Shown here in pieces: positions 1 to 10,576 of a DNA stretch of 64,000 nucleotides. The stretch comes from Synechococcus sp. Lineage in GTDB: Bacteria; Cyanobacteriota; Cyanobacteriia; Thermostichales; PCC-7336. The DNA is taken from assembly GCA_051439425.1 (NCBI GenBank), contig JBFRWD010000075.1, forward strand, positions 1 to 64,000. The letters are read 5' to 3'. Each line of letters begins with the position of its first letter. The stretch's first letter is position 1. The notes under the pieces are model-generated. The model was not told the origin of the DNA and made no database searches. It saw only the letters and a program-made list of their open reading frames with translations. A program made the position numbers and the translations under genes.

Positions 1-64
1 GGGACGCGGCGGCTGTAGGTCTTCCAAAGACGGTCCCACAGTTGCAGGGCGATCTGAACTTGGC

Positions 65-1396
65 TCATGAGAGATCCGTAATTGCTTCAGCTAGTAATTT
101 CAGGGCCATCTCGATCCGATCGCTTTCAATAGTCAGAGGGGGACAGAATCGAATGGCAGCCTTGCCGCAACCGAGCAATAACAGGCCTCGATGGAAGGCT
201 CGCTCGATAATGCGATCGCGCAGCTCTGCATCGAGATTGCCATCCCGATCCAACACATCCACCGCTACCATCAATCCCTTGCCTCGCGGTAACGAAATGC
301 AATCAAACCGATCGGCCAGTCGGGCCAACCCAGTCTGTAAATGCTCGCCCATATGCCGAGCATTCTCCATCAAGCGCGCTTCCAGCAATCTCAGTGTGAC
401 AGTCGCCGCCGCACAGGCAATCGGATTCCCCCCAAACGTGGTGGCGTGAGATCCCGCCGGCCAGGTCATCAACTGCGGCCGCGACAAAATCGCCCCCAAC
501 GGCAACCCGCTAGCAATCCCTTTCGCCAGCGTGACGACATCCGGTTGCACCCCCCAATGTTCGATCGCAAACAGCCGTCCCGTGCGTCCCATCCCCGCCT
601 GAATTTCATCCACCACCATCAAAATGCCGTAGAGATCGCAGATATCGCGAATCCGCTGCAAAAATCCGTCTTCCGGGACGATATAGCCCCCTTCCCCTTG
701 AATGGGTTCCACCACAATCGCCGCAATCTCATTCGGCGGTAATAGGGCGGGAAACAGATCCTGTTCTAGGCGATCGAGGCTGGCAAGGGTGCCGTAGGGA
801 ATATGGCTAACATCGGGAAGTAAGGGACCGAATCCCTGGCGCTGCACCGCTTTCGAGGCCGTCAGAGACATCGAACCGTACGTTCGGCCGTGGAATCCCC
901 CCTCGAAGGCAAGAATTCGCGATCGCTTCGTATAGTAGCGGGCTAGCTTGATCGCCCCCTCGATCGCCTCGGTCCCGGAGTTGGTGAAAAATACCCGTGC
1001 CCTGGCTCCCCTCTGGGGTACTGGGAAGGGAGCCCGCGCAGCCAGTGCCTCCGCTAACTCCACCATAGGTTCGTAGTAAAAATCCGTTCCCGACATGTGC
1101 AGGAAGCGCGCGGCCTGCTGTTGAATAGCCCCTACCACTTGGGGGTGGGCATGCCCCGTTGCTGTCACCGCAATTCCGGCCGTCATGTCTAAGAAGACAT
1201 TGCCATCCACATCCTCAACAGAGCAGTCTTGGGCGCGAGCGATGACGAGTGGATAGGCCCGGGTATAGGAGGGAGAGGACACAGCGCGATCGCGCGCGAT
1301 CGTCTCCCGAGCCCGTGGCCCAGGCAATGGCGTTACCAAGCGCGGCATGCGTGGCAGGGTGGAGTTCGGCATGACATCCAACATGACAATCCTCAA
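65..1396 (-). CDS. Class-III PLP aminotransferase (4-aminobutyrate/ornithine/lysine omega-aminotransferase type)
   Basis: Motifs DVDGNVFLD, NSGTEAIEGAIK, FHGRT, EPIQGEGG, DEIQAGMGRTG, LAKGIA (PLP lysine), TTFGGNP; true start may be a few codons downstream. Confidence 0.9.
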   Translation of the reverse strand: MRIVMLDVMPNSTLPRMPRLVTPLPGPRARETIARDRAVSSPSYTRAYPLVIARAQDCSVEDVDGNVFLDMTAGIAVTATGHAHPQVVGAIQQQAARFLHMSGTDFYYEPMVELAEALAARAPFPVPQRGARARVFFTNSGTEAIEGAIKLARYYTKRSRILAFEGGFHGRTYGSMSLTASKAVQRQGFGPLLPDVSHIPYGTLASLDRLEQDLFPALLPPNEIAAIVVEPIQGEGGYIVPEDGFLQRIRDICDLYGILMVVDEIQAGMGRTGRLFAIEHWGVQPDVVTLAKGIASGLPLGAILSRPQLMTWPAGSHATTFGGNPIACAAATVTLRLLEARLMENARHMGEHLQTGLARLADRFDCISLPRGKGLMVAVDVLDRDGNLDAELRDRIIERAFHRGLLLLGCGKAAIRFCPPLTIESDRIEMALKLLAEAITDLS

Positions 1397-2946
1397 CGGT
1401 TATCGATTTGCGCCCGTTGCAATTGACCGGAATAGTCCACGTACACGGTCTTCCAGTCCGAAAACACATCCAGGGCGGTACTTCCGGCTTCCCGGTGACC
1501 GTTGCCGGTCTGCTTCACCCCTCCAAACGGCAGGTGGACTTCCGCGCCGATAGTGGGGCCATTGATGTAGGTGATACCGGCTTCGATATCTCGGATGGCC
1601 TGAAAGGCACGGCTGACATCGCGGGTGTAAATCGAGGAGGAGAGACCGTAGGGAGTACGGTTAAGTACTGCGATCGCTTCTTCTAACGAATTCACTTCTA
1701 GGACAGCTAAAACCGGCCCGAAAATTTCTTCTTGGGCTACTCTCATGTCGGGCGTCACCCCATCCAAAATCGTGGGCTGGAAAAAGAAGCCGTGCTGTAA
1801 TTCCCCTTCCACTGCTATGGCGCCACCAATCGCGACCCGTGCCCCCTCCTGTCGGGCAATGTCGAGCTACCGGACGACGCGATCTCGCTGAGTTGCGTTT
1901 ATCAGGGGGCCAATATCCGTATTGGAGTCGAGGCCGGAGCCCAGCCGCAGCGATCGAACCTGGTCGATCAGCTTGCTCAGAAACTCAGCCTTAACGTCGC
2001 GATGCAGAATCAAGCGACTGGTGGCCGTGCAGCGTTGCCCCGTCGTTCCAAACGCCCCCCATAAAGCCCCATCCAGAGCCACGTCAATATCTGCATCCTC
2101 CATCACGATCTGGGCATTTTTTCCGCCCATTTCCAGACACAGCCGCTTATGGGTGCGGCCACAGATAGCCCCCACGTCCGCCCCCGTTTGCGACGATCCG
2201 GTGAACGACACCAGGTCTACATCGGGATGCTCTGTCAGAGCCCGTCCGACTTCCTCGCCGCTACCGTGAACCAAATTGACAACCCCAGCCGGTAGCCCTG
2301 CCGCCTCAAAAATCTGCGTCAGCATGGTGGCGCAGGCAGGAGTATCGGTGGCCGGTTTGAAGACAATAGTATTACCGCATACCAGCGCGGGTAATGACTT
2401 CCAGCAGGGAATGGCAATGGGGAAATTCCAAGGGGTAATGAGGGCGCAGACCCCAACCGGCACCCGCACCGTCATGGCAAACTTATTGCCCAATTCCGAT
2501 GGGGTCGTTTGACCGAACAACCGCCGTCCTTCTCCGGCGTAGTAAAAGGCACAATCAATGCCCTCTTGCACATCCCCTCTCGTTTCTTCCAGCGGCTTGC
2601 CCATCTCCCGCGTCATCATATGGGCCAGTTCCTCTTTGCGCTCTCGCAGCAATTCCCCCACGCGCAGGACGTATTCCGCCCTCTCCGGAGCGGGAACCAG
2701 TCGCCAGTGACGATAGGCCTGGCGGGCAACTGCCACAGCAGCATCCACATCAGCACTTCCGGAGCGAGGGGCGGTAGCCACCACCTCCCTCCAGTCAGCC
2801 GGGTTGCGACAGTCCGAAGTCGCTTCCGAAACGGCCGCAACCCAGCGACCGTCTATGAAATTGAGGCACTGCATTACAGCCGATGGTATTGCAGCCGTTG
2901 GTATTGCAGGCATAGTTGGGCCGGCCTCCAAACAACAAAACACCAC
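1393..2946 (-). pseudogene. NAD(P)-dependent aldehyde dehydrogenase interrupted by a single in-frame TAG at 1867-1869
   Basis: ORFs 1867-2946 and 1393-1812 are in the same frame; reading through gives ...RDRVVR*LDIARQEGARVAIGG...; motifs ITPWNFP, SFTGS, LEMGGKN, GQRCT, EEIFGP, PFGG are all intact. Confidence 0.85.
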
Positions 2947-3216
2947 CCTTTGTGAGTCCGCTCCACTAGCGCATCCGGGCAGAATGCAACCCAGTCAGAC
3001 GCGGACTCCCAAAAACCGCGTATTCGGAAAAGCAACACCGGGGAGCTGTGCCACTAGTACTCTGTCAGCAGAGATGTGACAGGCAAGGACTCTCCCTCAG
3101 GCTTGCGGCAAAGTATTCGTGCCTCGCTCGCACCTCCTATAGCGAGCCTGACAAACGACTAGAGCCTCGCTCTCCGACGCCGTTACGCAGGTTTATCGAG
3201 AGTGGGGAAACGCAAC

Positions 3217-3306
3217 TCATACGAGCGCAATAATAATTGCACCCAAAATCACGAAGCCAACAATTGCTCCAAGAACTTCGACTGCTTCTATTCGGGTATC
3301 GTTCAT
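3217..3306 (-). CDS. 29-aa single-TM small protein (MNDTRIEAVEVLGAIVGFVILGAIIIALV)
   Basis: ATG at 3306 with AAGGAG upstream, TGA at 3217-3219, one continuous hydrophobic stretch. Confidence 0.5.
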   Translation of the reverse strand: MNDTRIEAVEVLGAIVGFVILGAIIIALV

Positions 3307-3719
3307 GACGGGTCTCCTTCTTCCATATCTTCTCTACTTAAATTGTGGCTTATTCGTTCGCCATTCATCGATTTTGTTATACAAATATCTACACACAAAT
3401 CTGACATTATCTAAAAGAAATACTAGAATAGATGCTAAGGAATTCTGATAAAACCCCTATTCTAAAGGGGGAATTGTTTCTCTATAGCCTTGCTCTCCGA
3501 TGGCAGGCGAAAATTTTTGGCATGCCTCTCCCAAGCGGCCATACGTCTTTTCTATAAGTCTTTATGAAGAGGCAGATGGTAATTCCTGTCGATATGTCAG
3601 TGAATTTTTATTGCACTTTCGATGCTTTGATTCTGGATTGAATGGTTCGTACAGATTTCAATCAAAGACAAGTTTTCGGCTGAAAACTCATGCAAAACGA
3701 TCGATAAAGTGGGATAGGA

Positions 3720-4730
3720 GTGGTGCGTAGCAGAACAACGATTTTAGTGACGGGAGCCAAGGGACAGATCGGGAGCGATCTGACTCTTGCCTTGCGCGAT
3801 CGCTACGGGACTGGGCGGGTAATTGAAAGCAGCCTCAGACCCTCCAAGACCAACACCCATCTGCGCCCATACGAAGTGTTAGACGTTACGGATAGAGGTC
3901 GCCTACAAGAACTGGTGAAGCAGTACCACGTCGGTACCATCTACCACTTGGCAGGAATCCTGTCCGCCAAAGGAGAAGAGCGCCCCGATCGCTGTTGGTC
4001 GGTGAATATTGACGGCCTCAGAAATGTGTTGGATGTGGCTAAATCCCAGCACATTAAAGTCTTCTGGCCCAGTTCTATTGCCGTCTTCGGTCCCCAAACC
4101 CTCAAGATCGACACCCCACAGGTTGCAGTGGAAGATCCATCGACGATGTACGGCATTACAAAAGCCGCCGGAGAGATGCTCTGCCAGTACTATGTCGATC
4201 GCTATGGGGTGGATGTTCGCAGTTTGCGTTTGCCCGGAATCATCAGTCACACCACATTGCCGGGGGGCGGAACCACAGATTTTGCTGTTGAAATGTTTTA
4301 CGACGCTCTCAAATACCGCGCGTATACCTGTTTTGTGCGGCCGCATACCCGGCTACCCATGATGTACATGCCGGACACGATTGCCGCTATGCTCGCCCTC
4401 ATGCATGCAGACCCCGACTGCATTACCGTACGCTCCAGCTACAACATTGCCGCTGTCAGTTTCTCCGCTGCCGAACTGGCTGCCGAAATTCAGCAATACC
4501 TGCCCGACTTTACCTGCCGCTACGCCCCAGATTTTCGTCAAGCGATCGCCGATTCGTGGCCGTCTGTCATTGACGATTCGCAGGCACGTCAGGATTGGGG
4601 CTGGCATCACTGCTACGACTTACCGGCGATCGTGGCTGACATGCTTGTACGACTGTCGGAACAGCTTGGCTGGGACGGGATTTCATCTCGATCCGAACGG
4701 CAACCGGTGTCAGGCCGGGTATCGATCTAG
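3720..4730 (+). CDS. tdh: L-threonine 3-dehydrogenase, SDR/NAD-epimerase type
   Basis: [60 protein letters not shown]; directly upstream of kbl. Confidence 0.85.
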   Translation: MVRSRTTILVTGAKGQIGSDLTLALRDRYGTGRVIESSLRPSKTNTHLRPYEVLDVTDRGRLQELVKQYHVGTIYHLAGILSAKGEERPDRCWSVNIDGLRNVLDVAKSQHIKVFWPSSIAVFGPQTLKIDTPQVAVEDPSTMYGITKAAGEMLCQYYVDRYGVDVRSLRLPGIISHTTLPGGGTTDFAVEMFYDALKYRAYTCFVRPHTRLPMMYMPDTIAAMLALMHADPDCITVRSSYNIAAVSFSAAELAAEIQQYLPDFTCRYAPDFRQAIADSWPSVIDDSQARQDWGWHHCYDLPAIVADMLVRLSEQLGWDGISSRSERQPVSGRVSI

Positions 4731-4765
4731 GCTTCGAATCGATAGCAATCCAAGGAGAAATCCCG

Positions 4766-5989
4766 ATGGCTAAAACTGCAACCCCCATCTTTCAGGCCAT
4801 CTTGGACGAGATTCAGCAGTCCGGCTTGCGTAAAGGAGAACGTCTTCTGGCGACACCGCAGGGGGCAGAGATTGCCGTAGCGGGGGGCCGGGAGGCGATT
4901 AACTTTTGTGCCAACAACTATCTGGGGTTATCTAATAATCCTGAGTTGATAGCTGCTGCCCGAGAAGGATTGACTCAATACGGTTTCGGACTGTCATCGG
5001 TGCGCTTTATCTGCGGCACCCAAACTATTCACAAAGAGTTGGAAGCCAAACTGTCGCAGTTTCTCGGTACGGAAGACACGATCCTCTACAGTTCTTGCTT
5101 CGACGCCAATGGTGGATTGTTCGAAACCCTCTTGGATGAGAATTGTGCTGTCTTTAGCGATGCCCTCAACCACGCCAGCATTATCGACGGCATTCGGCTG
5201 TGCAAAGCCAAGCGCTACCGCTTCGCCCACAGCGATATGGAGGAATTGGAACGAGCGTTGCAGGAGGCGCAGTCTGCCAAAATCCGTCTGATTGCCACCG
5301 ATGGTGTGTTCAGTATGGATGGCGATATCGCTCGGTTGGAGAAAATCTGCGATTTGGCCGATCGCTACGATGCGTTGGTGATGGTGGATGACAGTCACGC
5401 TACCGGATTTTTCGGCCCAACGGGGCGCGGTTCCATCGAACATTGCGGAGTTATGGGTCGGGTGGACATTGTCACCAGCACTCTCGGCAAAGCCTTGGGA
5501 GGGGCGTCGGGAGGTTTCACTTCAGGTCGCAAAGTCATTATTGACCTCCTACGCCAGCGATCACGCCCTTACCTGTTCTCCAATAGTCTCGCCCCCGTCA
5601 TTGTCTACACCAGTCTGAAGGTGTTGGAGATGCTGGATCGGAGTACCGAGCTGCGCGATCGGCTAATGAACAACACTCGCTACTTCCGCCAACGCCTAAC
5701 GGCTCTTGGTTTCGACATCAAACCCGGCATTCATCCGATCGTGCCGATAATGCTCTACGAGGCACAGCTAGCCCAGTACATCTCTCGCGACCTCCTGGAA
5801 GAGGGGATTTACGCCATCGGGTTTAGTTATCCGGTGGTACCCAAAGGTCAGGCTCGCATTCGCGTGCAAATCTCTGCCGCCCACAGTCGCGAGCATCTCG
5901 ATCGCTGCATCGACGCACTGTCTCGCATTGGCCAGAAGTACGACGTTATCGCCAAGGCAAGTCAGGTCACCTCGATCTCTACTGGCTAA
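4766..5989 (+). CDS. kbl: Glycine C-acetyltransferase (2-amino-3-ketobutyrate CoA ligase)
   Basis: [82 protein letters not shown]. Confidence 0.95.
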   Translation: MAKTATPIFQAILDEIQQSGLRKGERLLATPQGAEIAVAGGREAINFCANNYLGLSNNPELIAAAREGLTQYGFGLSSVRFICGTQTIHKELEAKLSQFLGTEDTILYSSCFDANGGLFETLLDENCAVFSDALNHASIIDGIRLCKAKRYRFAHSDMEELERALQEAQSAKIRLIATDGVFSMDGDIARLEKICDLADRYDALVMVDDSHATGFFGPTGRGSIEHCGVMGRVDIVTSTLGKALGGASGGFTSGRKVIIDLLRQRSRPYLFSNSLAPVIVYTSLKVLEMLDRSTELRDRLMNNTRYFRQRLTALGFDIKPGIHPIVPIMLYEAQLAQYISRDLLEEGIYAIGFSYPVVPKGQARIRVQISAAHSREHLDRCIDALSRIGQKYDVIAKASQVTSISTG

Positions 5990-6000
5990 GGAGGCGAACA

Positions 6001-7290
6001 ATGGCCGTCAGCCTACAGGACATTCGTACTGCTGCCGAGATCGTGTGCGATCGCATCTGCAATACCCCCTGTCGCCAGTCGAGATCGCTGTCGGGCACCA
6101 TTGGGGCCAATATTGTCCTCAAGTTTGAAAACCTACAATTCACTGGCTCGTTCAAAGAGCGCGGCGCTCTAGTCAAGCTGCTCTCTCTGACTCCTGCCCA
6201 GCGAGAACAAGGCATTATTGCCATGTCGGCGGGCAATCACGCTCAAGCGGTGGCCTATCAGGCTCAGCAGTTGGGCATTCCAGCCACCATCGTCATGCCG
6301 CAGTTCACTCCCAACATCAAAGTGGAGCGCACCCGCGCCTTTGGGGCCGAGGTGATTTTCCACGGGGAGACGCTGGACGACTCAATTGCCTTGGGGCAAG
6401 AATTGGCCCGCGAACGCGGTCTGCAGACGGTCCATCCCTACGATGACAAGGGCATCATTGCCGGACAGGGAACCATCGCCTTGGAAATGTTGGCTGCCTA
6501 CCCCGATTTGGATGCGATCGTAGTGCCGGTGGGCGGGGGCGGCTTGATTGCGGGGAACGCGATCGCTGCCAAGAGTCTGCGCCCCAACATTGAGATCGTT
6601 GGCGTCCAAACGAAGCGCTTTCCCTCCACGTTTCAGGCACTGCAGGGAGAGCCTGACAACTGCGGCAGCTCGACGATTGCGGAGGGGATTGCTGTCAAGT
6701 CTCCCGGTCAACTGACGTTGCCAATTGTGCGGGAGTGGGTGGACGAGATTCTACTGGTGGATGAAGGTGAGATTGAGGCAGCCGTCGGGCTGTTGTTGGA
6801 GCGGGAAAAAACGGTGGTGGAGGGCGCGGGGGCGGTTGGCGTGGCAGCCGTGATGAACTACCGCGAACGCTTTGCCGGTCGGTCGGTCGGTGTCATTCTC
6901 AGTGGTGGCAACATTGACTTGCCTATCCTCTCCAGAATTGTGCAGCGAGGATTGGTGCGTTCCGGTCGGCTGATTCGGTTGGATGTCGATGTTAGAGATC
7001 TGCCCGGTGGGCTGGCCGACGCAGCCCGCTGTATTGGGGATGCTGGAGCCAATATTGTCGAAGTGCAGCACCAACGAGCATTCACTAGCTTGCCGTTACA
7101 GTCAGTCAGCATTCAGTTTATTCTGCAAACGCGGGGACTGGAACACGTGGATAGCATTGTGGTAGCGCTGACCGAGAAGGGGTACGCGATACACATTCCC
7201 CAACAAGCTGACTTGCAACGGTTCGAGACCGCTAGTTTGCATCCCCACGTCCTATCCGGTTTGCCATACATCAGTAGATCGAAAACTTAG
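6001..7290 (+). CDS. ilvA: Threonine ammonia-lyase with C-terminal ACT domain
   Basis: KFENLQFTGSFKERGA, SAGNHAQ, HPYDD, VPVGGGGL, SGGNID, ACT-like DLPGGLA; AAGGAGG RBS. Confidence 0.88.
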   Translation: MAVSLQDIRTAAEIVCDRICNTPCRQSRSLSGTIGANIVLKFENLQFTGSFKERGALVKLLSLTPAQREQGIIAMSAGNHAQAVAYQAQQLGIPATIVMPQFTPNIKVERTRAFGAEVIFHGETLDDSIALGQELARERGLQTVHPYDDKGIIAGQGTIALEMLAAYPDLDAIVVPVGGGGLIAGNAIAAKSLRPNIEIVGVQTKRFPSTFQALQGEPDNCGSSTIAEGIAVKSPGQLTLPIVREWVDEILLVDEGEIEAAVGLLLEREKTVVEGAGAVGVAAVMNYRERFAGRSVGVILSGGNIDLPILSRIVQRGLVRSGRLIRLDVDVRDLPGGLADAARCIGDAGANIVEVQHQRAFTSLPLQSVSIQFILQTRGLEHVDSIVVALTEKGYAIHIPQQADLQRFETASLHPHVLSGLPYISRSKT

Positions 7291-7435
7291 GGTGTGGCAA
7301 GCAAACAAATCGACGAACAAAGCGGAAAGGGCATCGTCAACCATGTGGCTCTGTCAAACGGATGTAGAACAGCGTCCCCAAGCTCCTTACTCTTTAGTTG
7401 GAAGATAGGATGAGAAAAGCATTATTCGATACGTT

Positions 7436-8587
7436 ATGACTGACACGCCATTCCTGCGGACGATAGCAGTGGTGAAATCGGCAACCTTCGCAGCTTTCTC
7501 CCTTTGGCGAACGGTAAAACCGGTGAGATTTGGCTTGGCAGCGACACTGCTTATCACAGCCTGTAGTAGCCCTAATTCTGGAGAGGCACGTACCCCCGGA
7601 TCGGAGTCTTCCAACAATTCCAGCTCATCCGAACCCCTTACGCTTGAAACACCTCCAGAGCCCTCTGATTCTGATGAGCTCGAACCGGCCGCTCCTGAAA
7701 CCAGTAGTTCTGACATAGAGGACTCATTCGCAAGTGATAGTAGCTTTGATTTGTTGCCGGGATTCTATCCCGATCCCGCAACAGACACGGGGGTTATCAG
7801 CGGCACTGTGGAAGCGAGCAGCCTAACGGGGACTGACTCCACACCTGCTGGAGGCTGCGAAGGCTTCATCAACGAGGCCCCCGATCACCAAGTGAATTTG
7901 AGGGTAGATTTTAGCTATTTGGCTTTGGAAGTTGAAAGTGCCAGCCCTGCATCCCTGGTAATCGTGGGGGAGAACGGCGATCGCTGGTGCACTGCTGGCG
8001 ATCGCCCACGGATAGAACAGGAGGCTTGGTCGCAAGGACGTTACGACATTTACGTGGGCAATCCCGAGACTCCTGCCTCAGGAGATCGATACGAGCTGAG
8101 TATTTCAGAATTCAACCCGAATCAGTCCAGTCAATTTGGTTCCGCCCCATCCCAGGAAGGACCTCTCGAACAGGCCCCCCCTGGCAGCGCGTTTGCAGGG
8201 GAGGACTATCAGCCCATTAGTGTTGCACCTGGATTCGAACCCGATCCAGCGATTGGGACGGGAGAAGTAGGCGGTCCATTACTGGCCACCGATGTCACAG
8301 GGGTGGCAGACACTGAAACGGGGGAATGCAAAGGATATATCGATACCACCGCCGATCATTTCCTGACCCTAGAACAACCGTTCCGCTACTTAAAAGTACA
8401 AGCCGAATCCACCAGCCCAACATCGCTCGTTATTGTGGGACCACAAGGAGAAGCATGGTGCTACACGGGGAATAATCCATACATTGAAGGGGTGTGGGAT
8501 GCAGGAGAATACGAGGTTTATTTGGCGAATCTAGATGAAGCCGGTGTTGGCGATCGCTACGAATTATTGGTGACCGAACTTGAATAA
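7436..8587 (+). CDS. Putative lipoprotein with two tandem copies of a PGFxPDP...CxGxI...DH...SLVIVG...WC domain
   Basis: Lipobox LITAC, S/P/E-rich linker, clear internal duplication. Confidence 0.7.
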   Translation: MTDTPFLRTIAVVKSATFAAFSLWRTVKPVRFGLAATLLITACSSPNSGEARTPGSESSNNSSSSEPLTLETPPEPSDSDELEPAAPETSSSDIEDSFASDSSFDLLPGFYPDPATDTGVISGTVEASSLTGTDSTPAGGCEGFINEAPDHQVNLRVDFSYLALEVESASPASLVIVGENGDRWCTAGDRPRIEQEAWSQGRYDIYVGNPETPASGDRYELSISEFNPNQSSQFGSAPSQEGPLEQAPPGSAFAGEDYQPISVAPGFEPDPAIGTGEVGGPLLATDVTGVADTETGECKGYIDTTADHFLTLEQPFRYLKVQAESTSPTSLVIVGPQGEAWCYTGNNPYIEGVWDAGEYEVYLANLDEAGVGDRYELLVTELE

Positions 8588-8799
8588 GTTTGTCTTCTCA
8601 TTTGCCCGAACAGCTGCTATCATAAACTCATACCGACTACGGGTTGGCTCCTCGCCCCAGCCATTTGACGTAACAAGTCGTTATTTCACGTGACGGTTTA
8701 CTCGTTAGGTTTGATGGGGTAAAGAGTGGTTATGCAGTAATGACAACGCTGTCCTTACTTGAATTAGATACCAATTGCGATATGGAGGCTGGTTTAGCC

Positions 8800-9300
8800 A
8801 TGGTGACAGCAACATCCGCGCACATGTATTCATCAAGCATTGATATCCCGGCAGACAGCCGGGCCAACTTGGTCGCTCTGCTTAACCAAACACTGGCAGA
8901 CACCTTGGACCTCAAAACTCAAGTCAAGCAAGCCCATTGGAATGTTAAGGGAATGCAATTCATTGCGCTGCACGAAATGTTTGATGGCTTCTCTACCATT
9001 TTGGAGGGATACATCGATATGGTGGCCGAGCGCGTTACCGCACTAGGGGGCGTGGCAATGGGAACCGCTCGCACCGCTGCCCGCGAGTCTAACTTATCCG
9101 AATACGACCTTGATGCTGTATCTGGCGAGGCTCACGTCCGAGCGCTGGCTCACCAGTATGGGGCCTATGCCTCTGCGGTGCGGGCTGCGATCTCCACAGC
9201 GGAAGCTAACGACGATGCCGATACCGCAGATCTCTACACCGAAATCTCTCGCCAAATTGATAAGGATCTATGGTTCTTAGAGGCTCACTTACAAGGCTAG
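8800..9300 (+). CDS. dps: Dps DNA starvation/stationary-phase protection protein
   Basis: KQAHWNVKGMQFIALHEMFD, DMVAER, DTADLYTEISR, DKDLWFLEAH; ATG 8800 with GGAGG upstream. Confidence 0.95.
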   Translation: MVTATSAHMYSSSIDIPADSRANLVALLNQTLADTLDLKTQVKQAHWNVKGMQFIALHEMFDGFSTILEGYIDMVAERVTALGGVAMGTARTAARESNLSEYDLDAVSGEAHVRALAHQYGAYASAVRAAISTAEANDDADTADLYTEISRQIDKDLWFLEAHLQG

Positions 9301-9463
9301 TGCTCGGACAGGCCAAAGAATGGAGGCTATTGCCGAAAGTCCCCTTTGCAAGAGACTGCATTGTGGGCGGTGCACTGGCACCTACTAACCCCGAGAGGCT
9401 AGAACGTAACTTAGCGGGTAGCCTCTCATTTAAGCAGTTTTGCTCGCCAGCAGTTGATTTAGA

Positions 9464-10471
9464 GTGGGGACAGACTGCCTTCTTTGGGTCAGCGCCACGT
9501 CTATGTCTCTAGTCTCAGAATCCTTTGGCGGTTATGTCGAACGCCGTCGTGCGGAACTATCACGCACTCAGCGCCGCCGCCGCTGGGTGTTTTTGACGTG
9601 TCTTCTAGCGATCTATTTGTGGCCGTTCTACCTGTTAGGGGTTGCTGTTTTTCCCGCTCCGCTAACCAGCTTGGGAATTGCACTGTCCGGCCTAAGCCTG
9701 TATGTGGGGGGCAGCTACCTCGTATCTGACAGCAGCTCCACCGCCCAACCTCTAGCGAGCCTTGCATCCATCAGAGCAGGGGCCGTTTGGCGATTTACCA
9801 AGCAGATGGTGTCGGTGCCGCACCTGGTGATTGTTGTGTCGATTTGGCTGGGATTGGCGCTTTGGGGAGAGGTTTTAGTCCCTGTATTTAGTCGACAAGT
9901 TCCACAATTAATGGCCGGAATTGTTCTCAGCTCGGTGTTGGCGGGAGGGCATTTTTGGCGCACATTACAGCTGTGGCCGCTGGAAGGCTCGCAGCTTTGG
10001 CACGATTACTTGGCCGATTTGAGAGGGGTTTTGGGCTCTTACTACCAGCAGTTAGAAGACTCCAGGCAATCGCTGCATCGGTACACCGGTCTGAATGACG
10101 ATCTGCAGCTAGAAGCAATGGAAGCTAAGCAGCTGTTACGAGAATTCACAGGACCTTTAGGGCTGGACTCCATCGCAGATACGATGACAACCTACGTGCG
10201 TAGACTGGAAGATTCTCAGCACAGCTTGTCGCAATTGCTCCACCAACTGGAGACTGGGTCCCTAGTCCTGGAGTCAGCTCTGATGCAGGTGGAGAGTTAT
10301 TTAGATATTCAGTCTGAAACAGCCATTCACCTGGAATCTATCGAATGTCTGGGAGATCTGTATTTAGAACCCGTTATCCAGCTTGGTGGAGAGTTGGCGG
10401 AGGTTGCTGAAAACATTGCAGGAGTGGCTGAAGAGCTGGAGGGGTTGCAGCACTCCATCAGTCTCACCTAG
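9464..10471 (+). CDS. Hypothetical membrane protein, about 4 TM helices plus a C-terminal coiled coil
   Basis: Long ORF with hydrophobic segments followed by an L/E/Q-rich helical region. Confidence 0.6.
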   Translation: MGTDCLLWVSATSMSLVSESFGGYVERRRAELSRTQRRRRWVFLTCLLAIYLWPFYLLGVAVFPAPLTSLGIALSGLSLYVGGSYLVSDSSSTAQPLASLASIRAGAVWRFTKQMVSVPHLVIVVSIWLGLALWGEVLVPVFSRQVPQLMAGIVLSSVLAGGHFWRTLQLWPLEGSQLWHDYLADLRGVLGSYYQQLEDSRQSLHRYTGLNDDLQLEAMEAKQLLREFTGPLGLDSIADTMTTYVRRLEDSQHSLSQLLHQLETGSLVLESALMQVESYLDIQSETAIHLESIECLGDLYLEPVIQLGGELAEVAENIAGVAEELEGLQHSISLT

Positions 10472-10576
10472 TTTGCGCGATCGCGCTGGCAATCTCTGAG
10501 GATTGCGAGCCGCGACATTAGATTTTCCATACACTGCCGGTTGGGATGCCCGTGCATAGGGGATCTCTAGCGAACG

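Noticed and set aside
3035..3100. Glycine riboswitch-like CAGGCAAGGACTCTCC on the plus strand upstream of tdh-kbl
   Set aside because: It lacks the CCGAAG core and lies more than 600 bp from the tdh start
2967..3136. Lysine riboswitch on the minus strand (starts GAGGTGCG, ends GCGCTA, about 170 nt)
   Set aside because: The internal GAAAGG/GCCGAA elements and the P4 hairpin around GAATA cannot be formed, and P1 is weak
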